NCBI GenBank assembly: GCA_002269645.1
Contig: NIVC01002168.1
Location: forward strand, 1 to 64,000
Direction: 5' to 3'
Length of the DNA: 64,000 nt
From: Macrostomum lignano
Lineage: Eukaryota
Shown: positions 12,262-25,150 of the stretch, piece after piece
How positions within the stretch are numbered: the stretch's first letter is position 1
How the letters are laid out: each line of letters starts with the position of its first letter
Made by a program: the position numbers and the translations under genes
Notes under the pieces: model-generated
The model's database searches: none
Told to the model about the DNA's origin: nothing
What the model saw: only the letters and a program-made list of their open reading frames with translations

Positions 12262-12491
12262 AGTCGCAAAAATTCCCACCCAAAAAATACTAAAATAGTA
12301 GTACTAAGTAGCTGATGAGGCATTTTGACCTAATAAGAAAGTCATAGTTACTCCTGCCGTTTACCCAAAGTTGCGTTAATTTTGCTTTAGGGTTTTTTAC
12401 ATGTAAGTCGCATTTTTTGCCAAAAACTATGTCGCATTTTTGTTAAAACTAAGTTGCATGGCCGACTGAATGTTGGAGGTTGCGCATGTAT
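12262..12491 (-). mobile_element. Dispersed repeat containing a 28S rRNA-derived segment, copy A
   Basis: The reverse complement aligns with 41714-41917. 12366-12303 matches the remembered eukaryotic 28S H69-H71 sequence at 52/64 ungapped. Confidence 0.75.
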
Positions 12492-12868
12492 ATGGCACAC
12501 ACTTAGGATCAACCTGAAAATGGATATTAACTAGCTCTGTGGAATGGCTTTTTATAAGAATAATTAGCATTGCAACTTTAGGAATCTATATTAATCAGTC
12601 TATACTTCTTTTAAGAGCTCTCTTACTTTCTCCTTAACAAAAATGCAAGCAGATTTGAATGGCACTCACTTTGTTTCTGTTTTTACCTGAGCTATAATAA
12701 ATCTTTTTTTCAACTGGCTGATCAACTGAATTGTAGGTATGCTCTTTCAAGGCGTGATTTGTTCTGTCTTGATGCTTGACATATGAGCCTAGACATTTTG
12801 GTGTAGTTTTATTGCAACAATAGTAAGTGTTGCTGTTTTGCCAGCTCTTGACATGCAGCAAGCAGTCA

Positions 12869-13552
12869 AGATCATGCCTGATATACTGCACTAGCAAAGT
12901 CTTTGTTGTGGCTAAATCTAGCACTTGGAATATGCTCAAAAGCCTGCAGGGATAGGCTAAAAGGTGGTGCCAACATTGGAGGCTTGTGAATAGATTCTTT
13001 GAGCACAAGTTCAGCATCAGAAAATTGAAATAATGAAATAAAAACCTCTCTTCCACTTCTATATGAAAGACTAAAAGCAATGGCTCCTCTTGGTCAATTA
13101 GCTTACTACCTAGTCTTGATCCTAGAAAGGTTGGCTGCATAGTAGCAACTGGAGCAGCTTAGGGTGCAGATGAAGGCATACCTGCAATTAGCCTAAGGCA
13201 TCGATTGCATAGATCATGCCTGATATACTGCACTAGCAAAGTCTTTGTTGTGGCTAAATCAAGCACTTGGAATATGCTCAAAAGCCTGCAGGGATAGGCT
13301 AAAAGGTGGTGCCAACATTGGAGGCTTGTGAATAGATTCTTTGAGCACAAGTTCAGCATCAGAAAATTGAAATAATGAAATAAAAACCTCTCTTCCACTT
13401 CTATATGAAAGACTAAAAGCAATGGCTCCTCTTGGTCAATTAGCTTACTACCTAGTCTTGATCCTAGAAAGGTTGGCTGCATAGTAGCAACTGGAGCAGC
13501 TTAGGGTGCAGATGAAGGCATACCTGCAATTAGCCTAAGGCATCGATTGCAT
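12869..13552. repeat. Near-exact 342-bp tandem duplication
   Basis: 12869-13210 is repeated at 13211-13552; the two minus-strand ORFs share an identical N-terminal translation. Confidence 0.92.
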
Positions 13553-13869
13553 AGCAAGAAAAACTCATTTTATTGCAGCATACTATAGCGTAATGCAACT
13601 ATTGTATGCACAATGCTGTCTTTTGCAACACTATAAGCATTTAATAGCTTCTTTTCCATTGATAACAGACTATATGCACACAACACATGGGTATACACCT
13701 GCCATTTTAATGGTTTTTCTTTATCAAAAACTATTTAGGCTCCAATGCAGGGACCAATGCAGGATAACTGCTATTTGATAAGTGTCCAGCCAATAAAAGT
13801 TATATCCTTTTTGGAAGAGCAATCAATCCCACTGTCAAAAATGAATTTTATGGTCAAAAAATCACTCTC

Positions 13870-14310
13870 ACCCACTGTTTCTTAGAGAGTAGAGAAAAGG
13901 TGAGAGTGGAGAGAGGCTGCATAAGAGTGAAGAGATTTTGAGAGTAGAAAGAGAGTGAGAGTAGAGAGATGTTGAAAGTGGAAAGGAGCTGAGAATAGAA
14001 AGATGCTAAGAGTGGAATGAGCCTAAAAGTAGAGAAAGGGGAGAGTAGATAGAGACTACAAAAGAGTAGAGAGATGCTAAGAGTAGAGGGTGAGAATGGA
14101 AAGACACTGAGAGTAGAAAAAGGGTAAGATTTGAAAATGCTAAGAGCAGAGAGATATTGAGAATAGAGAAATGCTAAGTGTAGAGAAAGCCTGAATATAA
14201 AGAGGGTGAGAGTAGAAAGAGGCTGCATGAAAGTAGAAAGAGGCTACACAAGAGTAGAGAGATGCTGAGAGTGAAGAGAGACTAAGAGTGGACAAAGGCT
14301 TAAGAGTGAA
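13870..14310. repeat. Degenerate purine-rich AGAGTAGAGA repeat
   Basis: Read directly. Confidence 0.75.
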
Positions 14311-15959
14311 TTATTATTATGAGTGAGTGTATTATTAAAGCTAAATGCCTCATTATCTAATTAATACCATGTGCATTTTTGTGACTGCAACATTTTTACA
14401 ACTTACCTTGGCAGTTAAAAACATCCATTGGAGGCACAAAGGCCAAAGATATTAGACAACAGACCCATAAGGCAAACCTACCATTTGTCTCATTTTACCT
14501 TGACTTTGATCTAAAACTAATAACTCTTATATATATAGTGGCAAAGATGAAGCAACCAATTGTTACTATATAAAAACTCTATTAATATCATTTTGTGCCG
14601 CTTAAAAATCTGTCATCTATTCCTATAGACTCAAGTATAGACATACACATTAGCTTAGGATTAAGGATAGGATCTCTTAAAATAGAAATACACTTTTTAT
14701 CTTGTTTGAGGGCAATGCATAGACAAGTGGATAAATGAATCCATGTGTGCATTGTATGAAACTGATAGAAAATGTAAGAGCTATATCAAATATGTCATTA
14801 TTGAAAAAGCATGTTGCATCATTCATTAGCTCTAGATAATTGACACTTTTAGGCTTGTGGGCTAAACTAGAAATCCCTGCTCTGAAATTTAACTTTTTGA
14901 ACCATGGTTTTTAGTGTCAAATATATTCTACCTCAATCCAAATCTAAATATAATCAAATATTCTAAAATAATCTAATATATATTCGATAATACACATATA
15001 TCTATATAATACTATTTTTGATAAGCTTAACAATATCATAATATAAAAACTTGTTTTTGTAGATCTAAATATTTAATATATAGGAACTAGAAGTCATTGA
15101 TAGATAGTCAACCAAGAATATTATATAAAGTCAGGAACTTTGTAATTTATAAAGATTATTAAGATTAATATTAGTGATTATACACTAGATTCTTAAGAGG
15201 GACCTGCCATATTTGGTTGCATGACAGTACTAGTCCTATAGGGCTATATAGAAACTATTAAAAAAGCTGATTTATTTAGCATACACTCCAGATATAAATC
15301 AATGTGACCCTAACCTGTTACTGCTATTGCCTAAAGATAAGCTTTTTAGTATAGTTTTCTAAGCTATATAACAAACATGTGATTCTGGCACTGCCATTAG
15401 AATTTGGAAGCAGCAATATGTAATATATTATGTAGCAATATGTATTTATTGTAAACAAATGCTATCTCAAAGGACTATTGAGAGCTGTAACTTTCCTATA
15501 GTTTGTTTTAATTTAATATAGTTATTAAACAAACATTGGATATGCCCCTTATATTATAACTGATTTGTCTGGAAGTATTTTATATTGCTGATAAATTGAT
15601 TATTATCTTTTAGTTTGATCTTGATCTCTGATGAAACCATAAGTAATTAAAACTTTATATACAGTTATTTGGAAGTTAAATGATAAAGAAAATGAAAGCA
15701 AGGATATAGCAATCAAAAAAACTTTTAAAAATGATTGAATTCCAACTTAAAGGTTCAATTGATTGCTTTGGCCTTTGGTCAATAAGTATTAAAAATAGAA
15801 TTTAACATGCAACAAAAGAATTTAGAAATAATATATGCATTATGTATCTTAAGCATATTGACTAGCAATCTTGTGCCCCCCTTTGGGGCGGCCAATAAGC
15901 AAGGGACGAAAATAATTTGTGTATCCTATTTGCCTTGACATCTTAGCGATTCCTCCATA

Positions 15960-16295
15960 AGACTTGACATCTCAGCAGTTCCCCAGTAAGCCCTGACATC
16001 CCAGCAATTCCCCCAGTAAGCCTTGACATCCCAGCAATTCCTCCAGTAAGCCTTGACATCCCAGCAATTCCTCCAGTAAGCCTTGACATCCCAGCAATTC
16101 CCCCAGTAAGCCTTGACATCCCAGCAATTACCCCAGTAAGCCTTGACATCCCAGCAATTACCCCAGTAAGCCTTGACATCCCAGCAGTTTCCCAGGAAGC
16201 CTTGACATCTCAGCAGTTTCCCAGGAAGCCTTACATCTCAGTATCCCCCAGTAAGCCTTGACATCTCAGCAGTTCCCCAGTAAGCCTCAGCAGTT
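15960..16295. repeat. 30-bp minisatellite CCTTGACATCCCAGCAATTCCCCCAGTAAG
   Basis: About 11 units upstream of CCDC6. Confidence 0.9.
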
Positions 16296-16551
16296 CCCTT
16301 ATCAAGAAGTAGTTTGATTCTCATGTCTCATTCTCATTCTCATTCTATCCAAGCTGAGTCTATGGAATAAAAAGAATTTCAACTTAAAGAGAATAGATTC
16401 ATTGCAACTTAGACAAATAATATGTGTCTCTATCAAAGCAACAAAAACCTATGAAAACATTTTCATTAAGTTTTTTGACCAAATATTTTTAACGACTTTG
16501 TCATGAAATCCAACTCATGCTCTTGCCTAGCAACAGATTATTTAGCCAAAA

Positions 16552-19160
16552 ATGTCATCAATGCAGTGCGACAGCGCGTCCGAGTCTGATGCTTCGTCAG
16601 TTGATGGCTCAGTGTCTGCCGGCATGGGCATGGAGTCACTGCGGCGGCGTATTGACTCTCTGCTGCAGGTAGTGCCAGGGCAATCTCCCCTGTCTAACCC
16701 GCTGTACTTTAGTGAGCCATCCCTACCCCATTCACTGTACTTTAGTGAGCCACCCCTACCCCATTCACTGTACTTTAGTGAGCCACCCCTATCTCATCCA
16801 CTGTACTTTAGTGAGCCACCCCTATCTCATCCGTTGTACTTTAGTGAGCCATCCCTATCCATCCACTGTACTTTAGTGAATCACCCCTACCCCACCCATC
16901 CACTGTACTTTAGTGAATCACCCCTACCACACCCATCCACTGTACTTTAGTGAATCACCCCTACCACACCCATCCACTGTACTTTAGTGAGCCACCCCTA
17001 CCCATCTGTTGTGCTTTAGTGAGCCACCCCTACCCAATCCGTTGTACTTTAGTGAGTCACCAAATCCATTGTACTTTAGTGAGCCACCCCTCCAAGTTGT
17101 CTTTAGGAAGCCATCTCTACTCCACCACTTCACCACCTCTACCCAGCCTTCTAAACAGAGACTTCTATCTACCCCTGTACATTGCCGCCTCAATTCATTC
17201 CACAGGAGAAGCGCGTCCTACGCATGGAGGTTGAAACTTTGAAGCTGCGCGTGAAAGCTCTACAGCAGGAGAACCTGGAACTGCGCCGGAATAGCGTGAG
17301 CATTCAGGCCAAGGCCGAGCAGGAAGAGGAGTACATTACCAACACAATGCTGAAGAAGATTCAGAATCTTCAGAAGGAGAAGGAGCGCCTGGCCCAGAGC
17401 TACGAGCAGGAGGAGGAGCATCTCACTAACGATCTCACCAGGCGTCTTTTCCGGCTTAAGCAGGTTTGCGCTAATTAGCTAGCTCATAGCTCCCATCAAA
17501 TAAACTATTCATAGATCAGAACACGATTGTTATGTCCTTAGAATTTGGCTGAGTATTATATATTATCGATACATATCGGTTCTATTATAGAAAAAACTTT
17601 AAACATCAATTGTTCAACGCAGGAAAAGGTGGACCTCGAGATGGAGCTAGAACGCGAACAGGAGGCCCAGGTGAACAAGCTGCTCAAACGGATTGAAAAA
17701 TTGGAGAATGACGTGTGTGCTAAGCAGGCCTCGCTGGACCAGCTTCGCCAGGAGAAGGTGTCACTTGAGAACGCGCTGGAGCAGGAGCAGGTGAGACGCT
17801 ATGTTGCTGCCGTGTGTTGCCTGGCTTTGACATACCTGGGGGTGACAGCCCAGTGCAGACTTGAGCTTAAATGTTTTGACATCAATCCCGAACGCCAGGA
17901 ATCGCTGGTGAACCGGTTGTGGAAGCGGATGGAGAAACTCGAGGCGGAGAAAAAGAGTCTCCAGCGTCGGCTTGAAGGCAGTCTCGCCGCTGCTGCTGTC
18001 GCCGCTGCCACCTCCAGCGGGGAGGGTCCCGAAACGTCAAGGCGAAGTCGCCAATCGTCTAGCACCTCTGATATGCAGGTGAGCAGGTTACCCACGGAGT
18101 AGTAGAGAGATTTAGATAGGCAGGTAGATTGGTGATAGGTATGTAGAGATTGGTGACAGGCATGTAGAGATTGGTGACAGGCATGTAGAGATTAAAGAAA
18201 GGCATGTAGAGATTGGTGACAGGCATGTAGAGATTGGTGATAGGCATGTATGTAGAGATTAGTGACAGGCATGTAGAGATTGGTGATAGGCATGTAGAGA
18301 TTAGTGACAGGCATGTAGAGATTGGTGACAGGCATGTAGAGATTGGTGATAGGCATGTATGTAGAGATTAGTGACAGGCATGTAGAGATTGGTGATAGGC
18401 ATGTAGAGATTAGTGACAGGCATGTAGAGATTGGTGATAGGCTTGTAGAGATTGGTGATAGGCATGTAGAGATTAAAGAAAGGCATGTAGAGATTGGTGA
18501 CAGGGATGTAGAGATTGGTGACAGGCATGTAGAGATTGGTGATAGGCATGTATGTAGAGATTAGTGACAGGCATGTAGAGATTGGTGATAGGCATGTAGA
18601 GATTAGTGACAGGCATGTAGAGATTAGTGACAGGCATGTGGAGATTGGTGATAGTCATGTAGAGATCGGTGATTACACTGTTTCTTCTAACGCTCCCGCA
18701 GGTGGAGTGCAGCCTCACGGATCCCGAAGCCATGGCCAGCCACATCAACCAGCTGAAGTCGGACCTGGAGAACCTTCGCCAGCAGTTGGACCAGAGCCAG
18801 GCTGAGCACCAGCTCAAGATGAGCAAGCTGGAGCAGGAGGAGCGCTGCCTGGTGCAGGAGAACACCAGGCTGAAGCGGCGCCTTCAGACGGAGTCGGACA
18901 AGCGGGACCGGCTGACCCGCAACCTGTCCGAATCCGATGCCGGCTCGGACATGGAGCTGCCGGCCACCGAGCCGCAGGCGCAGCAGCACCGCTGTCGGGA
19001 ATGCCGCCAGCCAATCACCGCTGGCGCGGCTGCCGCTCCGCAGGGCGCCATGGCGCCGCCGCCGCCGCCACCTCCGCCTCCGCCATCTTCCACAAATCAT
19101 CCTTCGACTTCTTCGTCGTCGGCGGCTACAACTGCGGCACCGCTGCAGCAGGCCCAGTGA
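16552..19160 (+). CDS. CCDC6: Coiled-coil domain-containing protein 6 homolog, 5 exons
   Basis: Exons 16552-16668, 17206-17463, 17623-17790, 17899-18078, 18702-19160, all phase-0 GT-AG junctions. [55 protein letters not shown] and RNLSES match remembered CCDC6 sequence. Confidence 0.93.
16695..17095. repeat. About 30-bp minisatellite CTGTACTTTAGTGAGCCACCCCTACCC.. in CCDC6 intron 1
   Basis: Read directly. Confidence 0.9.
18120..18670. repeat. About 21-bp minisatellite (core GGCATGTAGAGATTGGTGA) in CCDC6 intron 4
   Basis: Read directly. Confidence 0.9.
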
Positions 19161-19642
19161 CAGTACTAATAGTAGTGTATTTACTATGAGCTGGAATCAA
19201 GCTAGCAATTCTGGATATTAATTTAATCAATGGAGGACTGCAGAATTTGTGGCGTCTAAAAGAGCATCAAGTACTTCAATTGTGTTTGATTATAGATATC
19301 GAGCAGCGTTATGTCTGTGTTGTGCCCCAATCGACTTATTCAGTTTGTTCCCGATTCCAAAATGCTGGCCCCGAATTGTTTCCACACCGAGTAGCGGTTT
19401 TAGCTGCTTCATCAGCTCGGCCTATTTTTTTTAAATATCCACACTGTAATTTACTCTCATTTATGCTTATATTTTCTACTGAATTCAAAATACTAAGATA
19501 TCTATTCAGCTCGAACCTGCTAACAGGCTGGTTCCAATATTTTTCGAGACTAATTTTCCAGTTTCCCCCCCAAAGCACTGAAAAATTATCGCCAATTTTA
19601 AATTTGCGCCAAAATTAGACAGCGTCTCAGGGGCCTTTTCAT

Positions 19643-21930
19643 AGCTCGAAAATTCCTAAGCTCGAAACTTCACAAGTTCGAAACTTCACAAGCTCGTAAC
19701 TTCATGAGTTCGAAACTTCTTGAGCTCGGAGCTTCACAAGCTCGAAGCTTCACAAGCTCGAAGCTTCACAAGCTCGAAGCTTCACAAGCTCGAAGCTTCA
19801 CAAGCTCGAAACTTCATGAGTTCGAAACTTCATGAGCTCGGAGCTTCACAAGCTCGAAGCTTCACAAGCTCGAAGCTTCACAAGCTCGAAGCTTCACAAG
19901 CTCGAAGCTTCACAAGCTCGAAACTTCATGAGTTCGAAACTTCATGAGCTCGGAGCTTCACAAGCTCGAAGCTTCACAAGCTCGAAGCTTCACAAGCTCG
20001 AAGCTTCACAAGCTCGAAGCTTCACAAGCTCGAAGCTTCGCAAGCTCGAAACTTGACAAGCTCGAAACTTGACAAGCTCGAAACTTCACAAGCTCGAAAC
20101 TTCATGAGCTCGAAACTTCATAAGCTCGAAGCTTCACAAGCTCGAAACTTCATGAGCTCGAAACTTCACAAGCTCGAAACTTGACAAGTTCGAAACTTCA
20201 TAAGCTCGAAACTTCATGAGCTCGAAACTTCATGAGCTCGGAGCTTCACAAGCTCGAAGCTTCACAAGCTCGAAGCTTCACAAGCTCGAAGCTTCACAAG
20301 CTCGAAGCTTCACAAGCTCGAAACTTCATGAGTTCGAAACTTCATGAGCTCGGAGCTTCACAAGCTCGAAGCTTCACAAGCTCGAAGCTTCACAAGCTCG
20401 AAGCTTCACAAGCTCGAAACTTCATGAGTTCGAAACTTCATGAGCTCGGAGCTTCACAAGCTCGAAGCTTCACAAGCTCGAAGCTTCACAAGCTCGAAAC
20501 TTCATGAGCTCGAAACTTCACAAGCTCGAAGCTTCGCAAGCTCGAAACTTGACAAGCTCGAAACTTGACAAGCTCGAAACTTCACAAGCTCGAAACTTCA
20601 TGAGCTCGAAACTTCATAAGCTCGAAGCTTCACAAGCTCGAAACTTCATGAGCTCGAAACTTCACAAGCTCGAAACTTGACAAGTTCGAAACTTCATAAG
20701 CTCGAAACTTCATGAGCTCGAAACTTCACAAGCTCGAAACTTGACAAGTTCGAAGCTTCGCAAGCTCGAAACTTGACAAGCTCGAAACTTGACAAGCTCG
20801 AAACTTGACAAGTTCGAAGCTTCGCAAGCTCGAAACTTGACAAGCTCGAAACTTGACAAGCTCGAAACTTCACAAGCTCGAAACTTCATGAGCTCGAAAC
20901 TTCACAAGCTCGAAGCTTCGCAAGCTCGAAACTTGACAAGCTCGAAACTTGACAAGCTCGAAACTTCACAAGCTCGAAACTTCATGAGCTCGAAACTTCA
21001 TAAGCTCGAAGCTTCACAAGCTCGAAACTTCATGAGCTCGAAACTTCACAAGCTCGAAACTTGACAAGTTCGAAACTTCATAAGCTCGAAACTTCATGAG
21101 CTCGAAACTTGACAAGCTCGAAACTTGACAAGTTCGAAGCTTCGCAAGCTCGAAACTTGACAAGCTCGAAACTTGACAAGCTCGAAACTTGACAAGTTCG
21201 AAGCTTCGCAAGCTCGAAACTTGACAAGCTCGAAACTTGACAAGCTCGAAACTTCACAAGCTCGAAACTTCATGAGCTCGAAACTTCACAAGCTCGAAGC
21301 TTCGCAAGCTCGAAACTTGACAAGCTCGAAACTTGACAAGCTCGAAACTTCACAAGCTCGAAACTTCATGAGCTCGAAACTTCATAAGCTCGAAGCTTCA
21401 CAAGCTCGAAACTTCATGAGCTCGAAACTTCACAAGCTCGAAACTTGACAAGTTCGAAACTTCATAAGCTCGAAACTTCATGAGCTCGAAACTTCACAAG
21501 CTCGAAACTTGACAAGTTCGAAGCTTCGCAAGCTCGAAACTTGACAAGCTCGAAACTTGACAAGCTCGAAACTTCACAAGCTCGAAACTTCATGAGCTCG
21601 AAACTTCACAAGCTCGAAACTTGACAAGTTCGAAACTTCATAAGCTCGAAACTTCATGAGCTCGAAACTTCACAAGCTCGAAACTTGACAAGTTCGAAGC
21701 TTCGCAAGCTCGAAACTTGACAAGCTCGAAACTTGACAAGCTCGAAACTTCACAAGCTCGAAACTTCATGAGCTCGAAACTTCACAAGCTCGAAACTTCA
21801 CAAGCTCGAAACTTCACAAGCTCGAAACTTCACAAGCTCGAAACTTGACAAGCTCGAAACTTCATGAGCTCGAAGCTTCACAAGCTCGAAACTTCATGAG
21901 CTCGAAACTTCATGAGCTCAAAATTTCTCA
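19643..21930. repeat. 2.3-kb 16-bp satellite (AAGCTCGAAACTTCAC and variants) with higher-order repeats
   Basis: Identical ORF starts are offset by 112, 384 and 512 bp, all multiples of 16. Confidence 0.95.
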
Positions 21931-22599
21931 AGCTAGTCTAACCGGTTTGTTTTACTGTCTTACTTATTTGGCGCTAATTTAGATTTACGATAGTTTATTG
22001 ACAGTTTCACCTCTACTGGAAGATTGTCTGTGACTATTTTTTTCTGACATCATCTTTGTGCAATAATGTCTAGCTGACTATAAATGAAGTTCGCTATTGC
22101 CCCTGCCCTTCTCTATAGTAATACTGATGACCGTGTATTTTTCTACATCATCAAACAGTACGACATTAAAATTCTAGACATATAAGTGTCTGATAGGTTA
22201 TCTCTCTGAGTGTAAGGGGCATTCATTGAAAATTAAAGTACAGATGGACGTTTTGAGTCAAGCGTTTTCAAGTTTTCCAACGTTCTTTTAGCGGTAACAG
22301 GGCTTGCATTTATCCGCTAATTAGTTTGGGTGTTCGCCTGTTCTGTCTCCCTTCACAACATCATTAATGTTCTAATACGGTCTTGCTTTGCCGCTTGAGT
22401 GCAAATCTTATAACAAACTGCTAAATTTGTTGTGCACGTGTCCTTGAATTTCGTTTATAACTAAATTGTGTCTGTGTCTCTGTGACTTTGTTCTCTTTTT
22501 ATGTACGCTCGTAACATAGTGCTATTACCATTTTTAGTAAGCCTCAGATAAGCTCAGATTAGATTGCGTATATTCTAACATTGGATTGGGGTCCCCCGT

Positions 22600-22900
22600 T
22601 TGAATTTCTCAGCTGGGGATTCCCTCATGTTTGAATTCCTCAGCTGGGGATTCTCTAATGTTTGAATTCCTCAGCTGGGGATTCCCTCATGTTTGAATTC
22701 CTCAGCTGGGGATTCCCTCATGTTTGAATTCCTCAGCTGGGGATTCCCTCATGTCTGAATTTCTTCAGCTGGGGATTCCCTCATGTTTGAATTCCTCAGC
22801 TGGGGATTCTCTAATGTTTGAATTCCTCAGCTGGGGATTCTCTAATGTTTGAATTCCTCAGCTGGGGATTCCCTCATGTTTGAATTCTCAGCTTGGGATT
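22600..22900. repeat. 31-bp minisatellite TTTGAATTCCTCAGCTGGGGATTCCCTCATG
   Basis: About 9 units upstream of CEP57. Confidence 0.9.
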
Positions 22901-23077
22901 GCCCATATTTGTATTTTGAGCTTGGGATTCCCCAAATGAAATCCCCAACTTTAGATCCCTCCAAATCTGAAATCCTAGATAGGAATTTCCTAATTTGAAT
23001 TTCTTTTTTCCCCTATATTGCGTATCGTATCACTGATTCATTCAACACCCCAGCCCGACCAGCTGCCGTCGCAAGTC

Positions 23078-24692
23078 ATGACGACGCGAGCGCCAGTCGC
23101 GCCGGCCTGGAGCGGAGCCAACACCGACGCATCCCCCAGCAGCCCCAAGCTGGCCGTGGCCTCGTCGTTAAGCCGCCTATTGGACAAAATTCGCCGATTA
23201 GAAAGCGAGAGAAACTCGGCTGAGGCCGACATGCGCCAGCTGGCCAGCGAGACCGCCCGGTTCCGGCACCTGCTGACCACCAGCCCGCCCGCCGCGCCTC
23301 CTTCCATGCCGCCGCCGCCGCCCCCTCCAGCTGAAGTCTTCAGCCGGCAATCAGCCGACATCGAGGCCCGCTGTCGCAGCCTGGAGCAGCAGCTCGAAGC
23401 GCTTCGCCTAGAAATTCTATCATCGAAATCTGATGGCGCGTCGAAGCCCAACAGCGATGCCAACGGTCAGAGTCGGCGGCGCCGGCCGCAGCCGCAGCGG
23501 CCGAAACCGCCTGGCTTCCTGGCCGGCCGGCCGGGCACCTCGCACAACCTGCCGGCCAACCTGCAGACTGTGCTGGGCCTGCTCAAAACCCAGCCAGCCG
23601 CTGCGCCCATTGCGAAGAGCGCCAGCAGCAAAGCGTCGCCTCGATCGACGGCGTCGACTTCGTCTGGCGCAGACACCGCTGCATCTGCCGCTGCCGCCGT
23701 CACTCTGTCCAGCGACAGGCTGCGCGCCTGTGAGCTGCTGCACGAGATGCACCGGGAGCTGCTCGAGCTGACCAGACGATACGCCGAGCTGGCCCGTCGA
23801 ATTCGAGACGTCGGCGACTGTGAAAACGACGGTGCAGGCGGCGGCGAGTCGGGCGAGAAAGCGCGGGAGCGGCGGGACCGGCTGTGCCGCAAGCTGGAGC
23901 ACCTGGCCCAGCGAGTGCAGGTAGTTATTCATTTACCAGTACAGCTGCAATGCCTTCTTCGTCAATTTTTGCGGAGTTATAATTAGAAGATCAAGGTACC
24001 CGTTCCGGACCCCTGAGCACTGTGAGCACCGCTCAGCGTGTGGGTCATGACTGCCTAATTATCCGTTGAAAATGTGGGCGTGACAAGCATCGCTACAAAG
24101 TGAAGTCATTGTAAACAACTCGCTGGCGACTCTTGTGACTGGTTAACAACTCAACGCGTCCCTCGAGTTGTAGAATCGTAAAAAGAGTTGCGAAAGAGTC
24201 GTTTAGGAATCGTTGTGCTAGCGACGCAAATGCGCTTAAAACACATTTCGGCGACTCAAGCACGCCTCAAATCGACTCTACCGCCAAGAGTTGTCATACC
24301 GTTACGTCAGAGTCACGTGTATCGCCTTAGAGTCGTTTCAGAGTCTCTTTGGCGACTTTTATCATGACATCTCGTTCGTTTACCTACTTTCGCAGGCCAA
24401 GAGCGCCCAGATTGCTCAGTTTGAGTCGCTGCGGTCACGTCTGGAAGCTGCCGAGGCTGCAGCCGCCACCGCCGCCGTTTCTCCCGCCTCGCTGACGCCT
24501 CCTCCTCCAACGACGGTGGTCGCCGCCGCTAAGGAGAATCGCCGACCGACGTCTGCTCGACGCGCCAAGTCTGTGGTTGCCTGCGGCGCCTCCTCAGCTG
24601 CTGCCGCTGCCGAGGACAAGCGAGAGCTGCTCAGATCTGCCAGGACCTGTCAGAGGCGTCTACTGACTCGGGAGGACATCAGCTGGGTGTGA
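23078..24692 (+). CDS. CEP57: CEP57/CEP57L1 (translokin) family centrosomal protein, 2 exons
   Basis: Exons 23078-23920 and 24396-24692 (phase 0). LLDKIRRLESERNSAE, ARCRSLEQQLE, GFLAGRPGTSHNLPANLQTVLGLLK, a C-terminal coiled coil and the terminal REDISW resemble CEP57/CEP57L1. The start could lie slightly upstream (phase-0 acceptor at 23053). Confidence 0.8.
24100..24360. mobile_element. GACTC/GAGTC-rich dispersed repeat in the CEP57 intron, related to 41540-41710
   Basis: 24251-24281 GCGACTCAAGCACGCCTCAAATCGACTCTAC resembles 41578-41609; TAGAGTCGT..AGAGTC is also shared. Boundaries are approximate. Confidence 0.5.
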
Positions 24693-24694
24693 GG

Positions 24695-25150
24695 TGGCGT
24701 CAGTCCGTGTGTGAACTGGCGTCAGCCTGTGTGTGAACTGGCGTCAGCCTGTGTGTGAACTGGCGTCAGCCTGTGTGTGAACTGGCGTCAGTCTGTGTGT
24801 GAACTGGCGTCAGCCTGTGTGTGAGCCTGCGTCAGCCTGTGTGTGAACTGGCGTCAGCCTGTGTGTGAACTGGCGTCAGCCTGTGTGTGAACTGGCGTCA
24901 GCCTGTGTGTGAACTGGCGTCAGCCTGTGTGTGAACTGGCGTCAGCCTGTGTGTGAACTGGCGTCAGCCTGTGTGTGAGCCTGCGTCAGCCTGTGTGAAC
25001 TGGCGTCAGCCTGTGTGTGAGCCTGCGTCAGCCTGTGTGTGAACTGGCGTCAGCCTGTGTGTGAACTGGCGTCAGCCTGTGTGTGAGCCTGCGTCAGCCT
25101 GTGTGTGAACTGGCGTCAGCCTGTGTGTGAACTGGCGTCAGCCTGTGTGT
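24695..25150. repeat. 22-bp minisatellite GTGTGTGAACTGGCGTCAGCCT starting at the CEP57 stop
   Basis: About 20 units. Confidence 0.92.

Noticed and set aside
12303-12366. Functional rRNA gene or mitochondrial insertion
   Set aside because: Only 64 nt match; the sequence is nuclear-28S type, and the flanks are non-rRNA and shared between the two copies.
19643-21930. CRISPR-like appearance of regular arrays (also 22600-22900, 52391-52617, 53885-55320)
   Set aside because: No unique spacers, no cas genes, and the context is eukaryotic and intron-containing.
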